The notes below the pieces were generated by a model. The model saw nothing but the letters and a program-made list of their open reading frames with translations, searched no databases and was not told where the DNA came from. A stretch of DNA of 64,000 nt from the human T2T-CHM13v2.0 reference genome, Homo sapiens: assembly GCF_009914755.1 (NCBI RefSeq), contig NC_060945.1. One strand, written 5' to 3'. The position numbers were made by a program, and so were the translations under genes. Below, one piece after another: positions 25,152 to 40,200 of the stretch. Numbering within the stretch: the first letter of the stretch is position 1; the number at the start of each line of letters is the position of its first letter.

Positions 25152-28100
25152 AGAACTTTCTCAAAGTGCTTCTGTTTATTTTTCTTATGAAGATATTTCC
25201 TTTTCCACTATGGGCCACAGAGCGCTCCAAATATCCACTGGCAGATTCTACAAAAAGAGTGTTTCAAAACTGCTCAATCAATAGAAAGTTTGAAGTCTGT
25301 GAGATGAATGTGCACATCACAAAGGAGTTTCTAAGAATGCTTCCATCTGAATTTTATGTGAGGATATTTCCTTTTTCACCATAGGCCTCAATACACTCCA
25401 AATATCCATTTACAGATAATACAAATGACTGTATCCAAACTGCTCAATCAAAAGAAAGTTCAACTGTGCATGATGAATGCACACATCACAAGGGTGTTTC
25501 TCAGAAAGATTTTGTCTTGTTTTTAGGTGAAGATATTTCTTATTTCCCCAGAGGCCTCAATGGGCTCTCAAATATTCCCTTTCATATTCTACTAAATGAC
25601 TGTATCGAAGCTGCTCAATCAAAAGACGGGTTTAACAGTGTGAGACGAAAATACACCTTCCTAGGAAGTTTCTCAGAATTCTTCTTTCTAGTTTTTTATG
25701 TGAAGATATTTCCTTTTCCACTATAGGCCTCAAAGCGTTCCAAATATCCACTTGCAGATACTACAAATAGAGCGTTTCAAAACTGCTCAATCAAAAGAAA
25801 GGTTCAACTCTGTGAGATGAATGCAGACATCAAAAAGAAGTTTCTCAGAATGCTTCCGCCTTGTTTTTATGTGAAGATATTTCCTTTTTCACCATAGGCC
25901 TCAAAGCACTGGTAATATCCATTTGTAGATACTACAAAAAGACTGTTCCCAAACTGCTCAATAAAAAGAAAGTTTCAACTCTATGAGATAAAAGCTAATA
26001 TCACAAAGAAGTTTCTCAGAAACTTTCTATCTAGTTTTTATGTGAACATATTTCTTATCACCCCATAGACCTCAATCGGCTCACAAGTATCCTTCTGCAG
26101 ATTGTAAAAAACTACTGTTTCCAAACCGCTCAATCACAGGAAAGTTTTAACTCTGTGAAATGAATGCATCCATCACAGAGAAGTTTCTCAGAATGCTTCC
26201 GTCTCGTTTTCATGTGAAGAAGATTCCTTTTCCACCATATTCCTCATGCGCTCCAAATAAACACTTGCAGATTCCGCTAAAAGAGTGTTTCAAAACTGCT
26301 CAATCAAAAGAAAGGTTCTAGTCGGTGAGATGAATGCACACATCACAAAGAAGTTTCTATGAATGCTTCTGTCTGGTTTATATTGAAGATATTTCCTTTT
26401 TCACCGTAGGCCTCAGAGTGCTTAAAATATCCATTTGCAGATACTAGAAAAGACTGTTTCCAAACTGCTCAATCAAAATAAAGTTCAACTCAGTGAGATG
26501 AATGCACACATCACCAAGACGTTTCTGAGAAAGATTCTGTCTCGTTTTTATGTGAAGATATTTCCTGTTTCCCCAGAGGCATCAATGGGCTCACAAATAT
26601 TCCTTTGCATATTCTACAAAATGACTGTTTAGAAGGTGCTCAATCAAAAAAAAAGTTCAACAGTGTGAGATGAATGCGCCCACTCAAAGGAAGTTTCTCA
26701 GAATTCTTCTATCTAGTTTTCATGTGAAGATATTTCCTTTTTCACTATAGGCCACAAAGTGCTCCAAATATCCACTTGCAGACTCTACGAAACGAGTGTA
26801 TCCACACTGCTCAATCAAAAGAAAATTTCAACTGTATGAGATGAATGCACACATCAAAATAAATTTCTCCAAAACTTCTGCCTACTTTTTATGGGAAGAT
26901 ATTTCGTTTTTCAACGTAGGCCAAAAGCACTCCAAATATCAATTTGCAGATTCTACAAAAAGACTGTTTCCAAACTGCTCAATCAACAGAAAGTTTCAAC
27001 CCGGTGAGTAGAAGACACACATGACAAAATAGTTTCTCAGAAAGTATCTGTCTAGTTTTTACGTGAAGATATTTCCTATCACCCCAGAAGCCTCAATGGG
27101 CTCACAAATATTCCTTTGCAGATTCTACAAAACGACAGTTTCAAAACTGCTGAATCAAAAGAAAGGTTCAACTCTGGGAGATGAATGCACAGATCACAAA
27201 TAAGTTTCTCAGAATGCTGCTGCCTAGTTTTAATGGGAAGAGATTTCCTTTTCCACCATAGGCCTCAAAGCTCTCCAAATAGCCATTTGCAGATACTGTA
27301 AAAAGACTGTTTCCAAACTGCTGAATCAAAAGAAAGGTTGAACTCCATGAGTTGAATGCACACGTCATAAAGAAGTTTCTCAGAATGCTTCTGACTAGTT
27401 TTTATGTGAAGATATTTTCTTTTCCACCATAGGCCTCAAAGCGCTGAAAATATCCACTTGAAGATTCTACAGAAAGAGAGTTTCAAAACTGCTCAAACAA
27501 AAGAAAGATTCAACTCTGTGAGATGAATGCACACATCACAAAGAAGTTTCTCAGAATGCTTCTGTCTAGTTTTATGTAAAGATATTTCCTTTTCTACTCT
27601 AGGCCACAAAGCACTCCAAATATCAACTTGCAGATTCTGCAGAAAGAGTTATTCAAAGCTGCTCAATCAAAAGAAAAGTTCAACTCCTTGAGACGAATGC
27701 ACACATCATGAAGTTCCTCAGAATGCTTCTATTTTTATGTGAAGATATATCCTTTTCTACCATAGACCACAAAACGCTCCAAATATCCCCTTGCAGTTTC
27801 TACTAAAAGAGTGTTTCCAAAAGGCTCAATCAAAAGAAAGTTTCAAATCTGTGAGATGAATGCACACATCACAAAGAAGTTTCTCAGAATGCTTCTGTCT
27901 AGTTTTATGTAAAGATATTTCCTTTTCTACTATAGGCCACAAAGCACTCCAAATATCAACTTGCAGATTCTGCAGAAAGAGTTTTTCAAAGCTGCTCAGT
28001 CAAAAGACAAGTTCAACTCTTTGAGATGAATGCACACATCATGAAGTTCCTCAGAATGCTTCTATTTTTATGTGAAGATATATCCTTTTCTACCATAGAC

Positions 28101-29399
28101 CACAAAACGCTCCAAATATCCCCTTGCAGTTTCTACTAAAAGAGTGTTTCCAAACGGCTCAATCAAAAGAAAGTTTCAACTCTGTGAGATGAATGCACAC
28201 ATCATTAAGAAGTGTCTCAGTAATTTTCTGTCTAGTTTTTATGTGAAGATATTTCCTTTCCTACTATAGGCCTGAAAGTGCTGCAAATATCCGTTTGCAG
28301 ATACTGCAAAAAGACTGTTTCCACACTGCTCAATCAAAGGAAATGTCCAACTCTGTGAGTTGAATGCACGCATCTCAAAGAGATTACTTATAATGATTCT
28401 GTCTGGTTTTGATGTGAAGATATTTGCTTTTCCACCAGTGGCCTCAAACTCTCCAAATATCCACTTGCAGATTCTACAATAAGAGTGTTTCAAAACTGCT
28501 CAATCAAAAGAAAGGTTCAACACTGTGAGATGAATGCACACGTCACAAAGCACTTTCTTAGAATGCTTCTGTCTAGCTTTTATGTGAAGATATTTCCTTT
28601 TTCACCATAGGCTGCAAAGCGCTCCAAATATCCCTTTCAGATTCTACAGAAAGAGTATTTCAAAACTGTTCAATCAAAAGAGAAACTCAACTCTGGTGAT
28701 GAATGCACGCATCACAAAGCAGTTTCTCATAATGTTTCTGTCTAGTTTTTATGTGAAGATATTTCATTCTCCACTATAGGCCGTAATGCACTCCTAATAT
28801 CCACTTGCAGATTCTACAAAAAGACTGTTTGCAAACTGCTCAAACAAAAGAAAAGTTCAACTCTGTGAGTTGAATGAGCACATCACAAAGAAGTTTCTCA
28901 GAATGCTTCTGTCTAGTTTTTATGTGAATATATTTCCTTTTCCACTATAGGCCGTCATGCGCTCCAAATATCCACTTGCAGATTCTACAAAAAGACTGTT
29001 TCCAAACTGCTCAATCAAAAGAAAAGCTCAACTCTGTGAGTTGAATGAGCACATCACAAAGAAGTTTCTCAGAATGCTTCTATCTAGTTTTTATGTGAAT
29101 ATATTTCCTTTTCCACCACAGGCCACAAACCCTCCAAATATCCACTTGAAGATTCTACAAAAAGAGTGCTTCAAAAATACTCAATCAAAAGAAAGGTTCA
29201 ACTCTTCGAGATGGACGCACACATCACAAAGAAGCTTCTCAGAATGTTTCTGTCTAGTTTTTTTGTGAAGATATTTCCTTTTCCACTGAAGTCCTCAAGT
29301 CTCTCCAACTATCTACTTTCAGAATCTCCAAAAAGAGTGTTTTAAATCTGCTGTACCAAAGAAAGTTTCATGTCTGAGATATGACTGCATACAACACAG
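25152..29399 (-). repeat. HOR copy U7, 25-mer, haplotype B (near-twin of U6)
   Basis: The spacing is 4248 bp. It carries B markers and shares ggaaagtttt with U6 (positions 21897 and 26145). Confidence 0.93.
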
Positions 29400-32300
29400 A
29401 GAACTTTCTCAAAGTGCTTCTGTTTATTTTTCTTATGAAGATATTTCCTTTTCCACTATGGGCCACAGAGCGCTCCAAATATCCACTGGCAGATTCTACA
29501 AAAAGAGTGTTTCAAAACTGCTCAATCAATAGAAAGTTTGAAGTCTGTGAGATGAATGTGCACATCACAAAGGAGTTTCTAAGAATGCTTCCATCTGAAT
29601 TTTATGTGAGGATATTTCCTTTTTCACCATAGGCCTCAATACACTCCAAATATCCATTTACAGATAATACAAATGACTGTATCCAAACTGCTCAATCAAA
29701 AGAAAGTTCAACTGTGCATGATGAATGCACACATCACAAGGGTGTTTCTCAGAAAGATTTTGTCTTGTTTTTAGGTGAAGATATTTCTTATTTCCCCAGA
29801 GGCCTCAATGGGCTCTCAAATATTCCCTTTCATATTCTACTAAATGACTGTATCGAAGCTGCTCAATCAAAAGACGGGTTTAACAGTGTGAGACGAAAAT
29901 ACACCTTCCTAGGAAGTTTCTCAGAATTCTTCTTTCTAGTTTTTTATGTGAAGATATTTCCTTTTCCACTATAGGCCTCAAAGCGTTCCAAATATCCACT
30001 TGCAGATACTACAAATAGAGCGTTTCAAAACTGCTCAATCAAAAGAAAGGTTCAACTCTGTGAGATGAATGCAGACATCAAAAAGAAGTTTCTCAGAATG
30101 CTTCCGCCTTGTTTTTATGTGAAGATATTTCCTTTTTCACCATAGGCCTCAAAGCACTGGTAATATCCATTTGTAGATACTACAAAAAGACTGTTCCCAA
30201 ACTGCTCAATAAAAAGAAAGTTTCAACTCTATGAGATAAAAGCTAATATCACAAAGAAGTTTCTCAGAAACTTTCTATCTAGTTTTTATGTGAACATATT
30301 TCTTATCACCCCATAGACCTCAATCGGCTCACAAGTATCCTTCTGCAGATTGTAAAAAACTACTGTTTCCAAACCGCTCAATCACAGGAAAGGTTTAACT
30401 CTGTGAAATGAATGCATCCATCACAGAGAAGTTTCTCAGAATGCTTCCGTCTCGTTTTCATGTGAAGAAGATTCCTTTTCCACCATATTCCTCATGCGCT
30501 CCAAATAAACACTTGCAGATTCCGCTAAAAGAGTGTTTCAAAACTGCTCAACCAAAAGAAAGGTTCTAGTCGGTGAGATGAATGCACACATCACAAAGAA
30601 GTTTCTATGAATGCTTCTGTCTGATTTATATTGAAGATATTTCCTTTTTAACCGTAGGCCTCAGAGTGCTTAAAATATCCATTTGCAGATACTAGAAAAG
30701 ACTGTTTCCAAACTGCTCAATCAAAATAAAGTTCAACTCAGTGAGATGAATGCACACATCACCAAGACGTTTCTGAGAAAGATTCTGTCTCGTTTTTATG
30801 TGAAGATATTTCCTGTTTCTCCAGAGGCATCAATGGGCTCACAAACATTCCTTTGCTATTCTACAAAATGACTGTTTAGAAGGTGCTCAATCAAAAAAAA
30901 AGTTCAACAGTGTGAGATGAATGCGCCCATTCAAAGGAAGTTTCTCAGAATTCTTCTATCTAGTTTTTATGTGAAGATATTTCCTTTTTCACTATAGGCC
31001 ACAAAGTGCTCCAAATATCCACTTGCAGACTCTACAAAACGAGTGTATCCACACTGCTCAATCAAAAGAAAATTTCAACTGTGTGAGATGAATGCACACA
31101 TCAAAATAAATTTCTCCAAAACTTCTGCCTACTTTTTATGGGAAGATATTTCGTTTTTCAACGTAGGCCAAAAGCACTCCAAATATCAATTTGCAGATTC
31201 TACAAAAAGACTGTTTCCAAACTGCTCAATCAACAGAAAGTTTCAACCCGGTGAGTAGAAGTCACACATGACAAAATAGTTTCTCAGAAAGTATCTGTCT
31301 AGTTTTTATGTGAAGATATTTCCTATCACCCCAGAAGCCTCAATGGGCTCACAAATATTCCTTTGCAGATTCTACAAAACGACAGTTTCAAAACTGCTGA
31401 ATCAAAAGAAAGGTTCAACTCTGTGAGATGAATGCACAGATCACAAATAAGTTTCTCAGAATGCTGCTGTCTAGTTTTTATGGGAAGAGATTTCCTTTTC
31501 CACCATAGGCCTCAAAGCTCTCCAAATAGCCATTTGCAGATACTGTAAAAAGACTGTTTCCAAACTGCTGAATCAAAAGAAAGGTTGAACTCCATGAGTT
31601 GAATGCACACGTCACAAAGAAGTTTCTCAGAATGCTTCTGACTAGTTTTTATGTGAAGATATTTTCTTTTCCACCATAGGCCTCAAAGCGCTGAAAATAT
31701 CCACTTGAAGATTCTACAGAAAGAGAGTTTCAAAACTGCTCAAACAAAAGAAAGATTCAACTCTGTGAGATGAATGCACACATCACAAAGAAGTTTCTCA
31801 GAATGCTTCTGTCTAGTTTTATGTAAAGATATTTCCTTTTCTACTATAGGCCACAAAGCATTCCAAATATCAACTTGCAGATTCTGCAGAAAGAGTTTTT
31901 CAAAGCTGCTCAATCAAAAGAAAAGTTCAACTCTTTGAGATGAATGCACACATCATGAAGTTCCTCAGAATGCTTCTATTTTTATGTGAAGATATATCCT
32001 TTTCTACCATAGACCACAAAACTCTCCAAATATCCCCTTGCAGTTTCTACTAAAAGAGTGTTTCCAAACTGCTCAATCAAAAGAAAGTTTCAACTCTGTG
32101 AGATGAATGCACACATCATTAAGAAGTTTCTCAGTAATTTTCTGTCTAGTTTTTATGTGAAGATATTTCCTTTCCTACTATAGGCCTGAAAGTGCTGCAA
32201 ATATCCGTTTGCAGATACTGCAAAAAGACTGTTTCCACACTGCTCAATCAAAGGAAATGTCCAACTCTGTGAGTTGAATGCACGCATCTCAAAGAGATTA

Positions 32301-33313
32301 CTTATAATGATTCTGTCTAGTTTTGATGTGAAGATATTTGCTTTTCCACCAGTGGCCTCAAACTCTCCAAATATCCACTTGCAGATTCTACAATAAGAGT
32401 GTTTCAAAACTGCTCAATCAAAAGAAAGGTTCAACACTGTGAGATGAATGCACACGTCACAAAGCACTTTCTTAGAATGCTTCTGTCTAGCTTTTATGTG
32501 AAGATATTTCCTTTTTCACCATAGGCTGCAAAGCGCTCCAAATATCCCTTTCAGATTCTACAGAAAGAGTGTTTCAAAACTGTTCAATCAAAAGAGAAAC
32601 TCAACACTGGTGATGAATGCATGCATCACAAAGCAGTTTCTCATAATGTTTCTGTCTAGTTTTTATGTGAAGATATTTCATTCTCCACTATAGGCCGTAA
32701 TGCACTCCTAATATCCACTTGCAGATTCTACAAAAAGACTGTTTGCAAACTGCTCAAACAAAAGAAAAGTTCAACTCTGTGAGTTGAATGAGCACATCAC
32801 AAAGAAGTTTCTCAGAATGCTTCTGTCTAGTTTTTATGTGAATATATTTCCTTTTCCACTATAGGCCGTCATGCGCTCCAAATATCCACTTGCAGATTCT
32901 ACAAAAAGACTGTTTCCAAACTGCTCAATCAAAAGAAAAGCTCAACTCTGTGAGGTGAATGAGCACATCCCAAAGAAGTTCCTCAGAATGCTTCTATCTA
33001 GTTTTTATGTGAATATATTTGCTTTTCCACCACAGGCCACAAACCCTCCAAATATCCACTTGAAGATTCTACAAAAAGAGTGCCTCAAAAATGCGCAATC
33101 AAAAGAAAGGTTCAACTCTTCGAGATGGACGCACACATCACAAAGAAGCTTCTCAGAATGTTTCTGTCTAGTTTTTTTGTAAAGATATTTCCTTTTCCAC
33201 CGTAGTCCTCAAGTCTCTCCAAATATCTACTTTCAGAATCTCCAAAAAGAGTGTTTTAAAACTGCTGTACCAAAGAAAGTTTCATGTCGGAGATATGACT
33301 GCATACAACACAG
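29400..33313 (-). repeat. HOR copy U8, 23-mer, haplotype c switching to C near 32.9 kb
   Basis: The spacing is 3914 bp and it has the same 1-bp deletion (ctttgctattc) as U3. Its end carries gaggtgaat and catcccaaag. Confidence 0.92.
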
Positions 33314-36300
33314 AGAACTTTCTCAAAGTGCTTCTGTTTATTTTTCTTATGAAGATATTTCCTTTTCCACTATGGGCCACAGAGTGCTCCAAATATCCAC
33401 TGGCAGATTCTACAAAAAGGGTGTTTCAAAACTGCTCAATCAATAGAAAGTTTGAAGTCTGTGAGATGAATGTACACATCACAAAGGAGTTTCTAAGAAT
33501 GCTTCCATCTGAATTTTATGTGAGGATATTTCCTTTTTCACCATAGGCCTCAGTACACTCCAAATATCCATTTACAGATAATACAAATGACTGTATCCAA
33601 ACTGCTCAATCAAAAGAAAGTTCAACTGTGTATGATGAATGCACACATCACAAGGGTGTTTCTCAGAAAGATTTTGTGTAGTTTTTAGGTGAAGATATTT
33701 CTTATTTCCCCAGAGGCCTCAATGGGCTCTCAAATATTCCCTTTCATATTCTACTAAATGACTGTATCGAAGCTGCTCAATCAAAAGACGGGTTTAACAG
33801 TGTGAGACGAAAATACACCTTCCTAGGAAGTTTCTCAGAATTCTTATTTCTAGTTTTTTATGTGAAGATATTTCCTTTTCCACTATAGGCCTCAAAGCGT
33901 TCCAAATATCCACTTGCAGAAACTACAAATAGAGCTTCTCAAAACTGCTCAATCAAAAGAAAGGTTCAACTCTGTGAGATGAATGCAGACATCAAAAAGA
34001 AGTTTCTCAGAATGCTTCCGCGTTGTTTTTATGTGAAGATATTTCCTTTTCCACCATAGGCCTCAAAGCACTGGTAATATCCATTTGCAGATACTACAAA
34101 AAGACTGTCCCCAAACTGCTCAATAAAAAGAAAGTTTCAACTCTAGGAGATAAAAGCAAATATCACAAAGAAGTTTCTCAGAAACTTTCTATCTAGTTTT
34201 TATGTGAACGTATTTATTATCACCCCATAGACCTCAATCGGCTCACAAGTATCCTTCTGCAGATTGTAAAAAACTACTGTTTCCAAACCGCTCAATCACA
34301 GGAAAGGTTTAACTCTGTGAAATGAATGCATCCATCACAGAGAAGTTTCTCAGAATGCTTCCGTCTCGTTTCCATGTGAAGAAGATTCCTTTTCCACCAT
34401 ATTCCTCATGCGCTCCAAATAAACACTTGCAGATTCCGCTAAAAGAGTGTTTCAAAACTGCTCAATCAAAAGAAAGGTTCTAGTCGGTGAGATGAATGCA
34501 CACATCACAAAGAGGTTTCTATGAATGCTTCTGTCTGATTTATATTGAAGATATATCCTTTTTCACCGTAGGCCTCAGAGTGCTTAAAATATCCATTTGC
34601 AGATAGTAGAAAAGACGGTTTCCAAACTGCTCAATCAAAGTAAAGTTCAACTCAGTGAGATGAATGCACACATCACCAAGACGTTTCTGAGAAAGATTCT
34701 GTCTCGTTTTTATGTGAAGATATTTCCTGTTTCCCCAGAGGCATCAATGGGCTCACAAATATTCCTTTGCATATTCTACAAAATGACTGTTTAGAAGGTG
34801 CTCAATCAAAAAAAAAGTTCAACAGTGTGAGATGAATGCGCCCATTCAAAGGAAGTTTCTCAGAATTCTTCTATCTAGTTTTTATGTGAAGATATTTCCT
34901 TTTTCACTATAGGCCACAAAGTGCTCCAAATATCCACTTGCAGACTCTACAAAACGAGTGTATCCACACTGCTCAATCAAAAGAAAATTTCAACTGTGTG
35001 AGATGAATGCACACATCAAAATAAATTTCTCCAAAACTTCTGCCTACTTTTTATGGGAAGATATTTCGTTTTTCAACGTAGGCCAAAAGCACTCCAAATA
35101 TCAATTTGCAGATTCTACAAAAAGACTGTTTCCAAACTGCTCAATCAACAGAAAGTTTCAACCCGGTGAGTAGAAGTCACACATGACAAAATAGTTTCTC
35201 AGAAAGTATCTGTCTAGTTTTTATGTGAAGATATTTCCTATCACCCCAGAAGCCTCAATGGGCTCACAAATATTCCTTTGCAGATTCTACAAAACGACAG
35301 TTTCAAAACTGCTGAATCAAAAGAAAGGTTCAACTCTGTGAGATGAATGCACAGATCACAAATAAGTTTCTCAGAATGCTGCTGTCTAGTTTTTATGGGA
35401 AGAGATTTCCTTTTCCACCATAGGCCTCAAAGCTCTCCAAATAGCCATTTGCAGATACTGTAAAAAGACTGTTTCCAAACTGCTGAATCAAAAGAAAGGT
35501 TGAACTCCATGAGTTGAATGCACACGTCACAAAGAAGTTTCTCAGAATGCTTCTGACTAGTTTTTATGTGAAGATATTTTCTTTTCCACCATAGGCCTCA
35601 AAGCGCTGAAAATATCCACTTGAAGATTCTACAGAAAGAGAGTTTCAAAACTGCTCAAACAAAAGAAAGATTCAACTCTGTGAGATGAATGCACACATCA
35701 CAAAGAAGTTTCTCAGAATGCTTCTGTCTAGTTTTATGTAAAGATATTTCCTTTTCTACTATAGGCCACAAAGCATTCCAAATATCAACTTGCAGATTCT
35801 GCAGAAAGAGTTTTTCAAAGCTGCTCAATCAAAAGAAAAGTTCAACTCTTTGAGATGAATGCACACATCATGAAGTTCCTCAGAATGCTTCTATTTTTAT
35901 GTGAAGATATATCCTTTTCTACCATAGACCACAAAACTCTCCAAATATCCCCTTGCAGTTTCTACTAAAAGAGTGTTTCCAAACTGCTCAATCAAAAGAA
36001 AGTTTCAACTCTGTGAGATGAATGCACACATCATTAAGAAGTTTCTCAGTAATTTTCTGTCTAGTTTTTATGTGAAGATATTTCCTTTCCTACTATAGGC
36101 CTGAAAGTGCTGCAAATATCCGTTTGCAGATACTGCAAAAAGACTGTTTCCACACTGCTCAATCAAAGGAAATGTCCAACTCTGTGAGTTGAATGCACGC
36201 ATCTCAAAGAGATTACTTATAATGATTCTGTCTAGTTTTGATGTGAAGATATTTGCTTTTCCACCAGTGGCCTCAAACTCTCCAAATATCCACTTGCAGA

Positions 36301-37228
36301 TTCTACAATAAGAGTGTTTCAAAACTGCTCAATCAAAAGAAAGGTTCAACACTGTGAGATGAATGCACACGTCACAAAGCACTTTCTTAGAATGCTTCTG
36401 TCTAGCTTTTATGTGAAGATATTTCCTTTTTCACCATAGGCTGCAAAGCGCTCCAAATATCCCTTTCAGATTCTACAGAAAGAGTGTTTCAAAACTGTTC
36501 AATCAAAAGAGAAACTCAACACTGGTGATGAATGCACGCATCACAAAGCAGTTTCTCATAATGTTTCTGTCTAGTTTTTATGTGAAGATATTTCATTCTC
36601 CACTATAGGCCGTAATGCACTCCTAATATCCACTTGCAGATTCTACAAAAAGACTGTTTGCAAACTGCTCAAACAAAAGAAAAGTTCAACTCTGTGAGTT
36701 GAATGAGCACATCACAAAGAAGTTTCTCAGAATGCTTCTGTCTAGTTTTTATGTGAATATATTTCCTTTTCCACTATAGGCCGTCATGCGCTCCAAATAT
36801 CCACTTGCAGATTCTACAAAAAGACTGTTTCCAAACTGCTCAATCAAAAGAAAAGCTCAACTCTGTGAGGTGAATGAGCACATCCCAAAGAAGTTCCTCA
36901 GAATGCTTCTATCTAGTTTTTATGTGAATATATTTGCTTTTCCACCACAGGCCACAAACCCTCCAAATATCCACTTGAAGATTCTACAAAAAGAGTGCCT
37001 CAAAAATGCGCAATCAAAAGAAAGGTTCAACTCTTCGAGATGGACGCACACATCACAAAGAAGCTTCTCAGAATGTTTCTGTCTAGTTTTTTTGTAAAGA
37101 TATTTCCTTTTCCACCGTAGTCCTCAAGTCTCTCCAAATATCTACTTTCAGAATCTCCAAAAAGAGTGTTTTAAAACTGCTGTACCAAAGAAAGTTTCAT
37201 GTCGGAGATATGACTGCATACAACACAG
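33314..37228 (-). repeat. HOR copy U9, 23-mer, haplotype C
   Basis: The spacing is 3915 bp. Markers are gatagtagaaaagacgg, ccgcgttg and actgtccc. Confidence 0.92.
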
Positions 37229-40200
37229 AGAACTTTCTCAAAGTGCTTCTGTTTATTTTTCTTATGAAGATATTTCCTTTTCCACTATGGGCCACAGAGT
37301 GCTCCAAATATCCACTGGCAGATTCTACAAAAAGGGTGTTTCAAAACTGCTCAATCAATAGAAAGTTTGAAGTCTGTGAGATGAATGTACACATCACAAA
37401 GGAGTTTCTAAGAATGCTTCCATCTGAATTTTATGTGAGGATATTTCCTTTTTCACCATAGGCCTCAGTACACTCCAAATATCCATTTACAGATAATACA
37501 AATGACTGTATCCAAACTGCTCAATCAAAAGAAAGTTCAACTCTGTATGATGAATGCACACATCACAAGGGTGTTTCTCAGAAAGATTTTGTGTAGTTTT
37601 TAGGTGAAGATATTTCTTATTTCCCCAGAGGCCTCAATGGGCTCTCAAATATTCCCTTTCATATTCTACTAAATGACTGTATCGAAGCTGCTCAATCAAA
37701 AGACGGGTTTAACAGTGTGAGACGAAAATACACCTTCCTAGGAAGTTTCTCAGAATTCTTCTTTCTAGTTTTTTATGTGAAGATATTTCCTTTTCCACTA
37801 TAGGCCTCAAAGCGTTCCAAATATCCACTTGCAGAAACTACAAATAGAGCTTCTCAAAACTGCTCAATCAAAAGAAATGTTCAACTCTGTGAGATGAATG
37901 CAGACATCAAAAAGAAGTTTCTCAGAATGCTTCCGCGTTGTTTTTATGTGAAGATATTTCCTTTTCCACCATAGGCCTCAAAGCACTGGTAATATCCATT
38001 TGCAGATACTACAAAAAGACTGTCCCCAAACTGCTCAATAAAAAGAAAGTTTCAACTCTAGGAGATAAAAGCAAATATCACAAAGAAGTTTCTCAGAAAC
38101 TTTCTATCTAGTTTTTATGTGAACGTATTTCTTATCACCCCATAGACCTCAATCGGCTCACAAGTATCCTTCTGCAGATTGTAAAAAACTACTGTTTCCA
38201 AACCGCTCAATCACAGGAAAGGTTTAACTCTGTGAAATGAATGCATCCATCACAGAGAAGTTTCTCAGAATGCTTCCGTCTCGTTTCCATGTGAAGAAGA
38301 TTCCTTTTCCACCATATTCCTCATGCGCTCCAAATAAACACTTGCAGATTCCGCTAAAAGAGTGTTTCAAAACTGCTCAATCAAAAGAAAGGTTCTAGTC
38401 GGTGAGATGAATGCACACATCACAAAGAGGTTTCTATGAATGCTTCTGTCTGATTTATATTGAAGATATATCCTTTTTCACCGTAGGCCTCAGAGTGCTT
38501 AAAATATCCATTTGCAGATAGTAGAAAAGACGGTTTCCAAACTGCTCAATCAAAGTAAAGTTCAACTCAGTGAGATGAATGCACACATCACCAAGACGTT
38601 TCTGAGAAAGATTCTGTCTCGTTTTTATGTGAAGATATTTCCTGTTTCCCCAGAGGCATCAATGGGCTCACAAATATTCCTTTGCATATTCTACAAAATG
38701 ACTGTTTAGAAGGTGCTCAATCAAAAAAAAAGTTCAACAGTGTGAGATGAATGCGCCCATTCAAAGGAAGTTTCTCAGAATTCTTCTATCTAGTTTTTAT
38801 GTGAAGATATTTCCTTTTTCACTATAGGCCACAAAGTGCTCCAAATATCCACTTGCAGACTCTACAAAACGAGTGTATCCACACTGCTCAATCAAAAGAA
38901 AATTTCAACTGTGTGAGATGAATGCACACATCAAAATAAATTTCTCCAAAACTTCTGCCTACTTTTTATGGGAAGATATTTCGTTTTTCAACGTAGGCCA
39001 AAAGCACTCCAAATATCAATTTGCAGATTCTACAAAAAGACTGTTTCCAAACTGCTCAATCAACAGAAAGTTTCAACCCGGTGAGTAGAAGTCACACATG
39101 ACAAAATAGTTTCTCAGAAAGTATCTGTCTAGTTTTTATGTGAAGATATTTCCTATCACCCCAGAAGCCTCAATGGGCTCACAAATATTCCTTTGCAGAT
39201 TCTACAAAACGACAGTTTCAAAACTGCTGAATCAAAAGAAAGGTTCAACTCTGTGAGATGAATGCACAGATCACAAATAAGTTTCTCAGAATGCTGCTGT
39301 CTAGTTTTTATGGGAAGAGATTTCCTTTTCCACCATAGGCCTCAAAGCTCTCCAAATAGCCATTTGCAGATACTGTAAAAAGACTGTTTCCAAACTGCTG
39401 AATCAAAAGAAAGGTTGAACTCCATGAGTTGAATGCACACGTCACAAAGAAGTTTCTCAGAATGCTTCTGACTAGTTTTTATGTGAAGATATTTTCTTTT
39501 CCACCATAGGCCTCAAAGCGCTGAAAATATCCACTTGAAGATTCTACAGAAAGAGAGTTTCAAAACTGCTCAAACAAAAGAAAGATTCAACTCTGTGAGA
39601 TGAATGCACACATCACAAAGAAGTTTCTCAGAATGCTTCTGTCTAGTTTTATGTAAAGATATTTCCTTTTCTACTATAGGCCACAAAGCATTCCAAATAT
39701 CAACTTGCAGATTCTGCAGAAAGAGTTTTTCAAAGCTGCTCAGTCAAAAGACAAGTTCAACTCTTTGAGATGAATGCACACATCATGAAGTTCCTCAGAA
39801 TGCTTCTATTTTTATGTGAAGATATATCCTTTTCTACCATAGACCACAAAACGCTCCAAATATCCCCTTGCAGTTTCTACTAAAAGAGTGTTTCCAAACG
39901 GCTCAATCAAAAGAAAGTTTCAACTCTGTGAGATGAATGCACACATCATTAAGAAGTGTCTCAGTAATTTTCTGTCTAGTTTTTATGTGAAGATATTTCC
40001 TTTCCTACTATAGGCCTGAAAGTGCTGCAAATATCCGTTTGCAGATACTGCAAAAAGACTGTTTCCACACTGCTCAATCAAAGGAAATGTCCAACTCTGT
40101 GAGTTGAATGCACGCATCTCAAAGAGATTACTTATAATGATTCTGTCTGGTTTTGATGTGAAGATATTTGCTTTTCCACCAGTGGCCTCAAACTCTCCAA

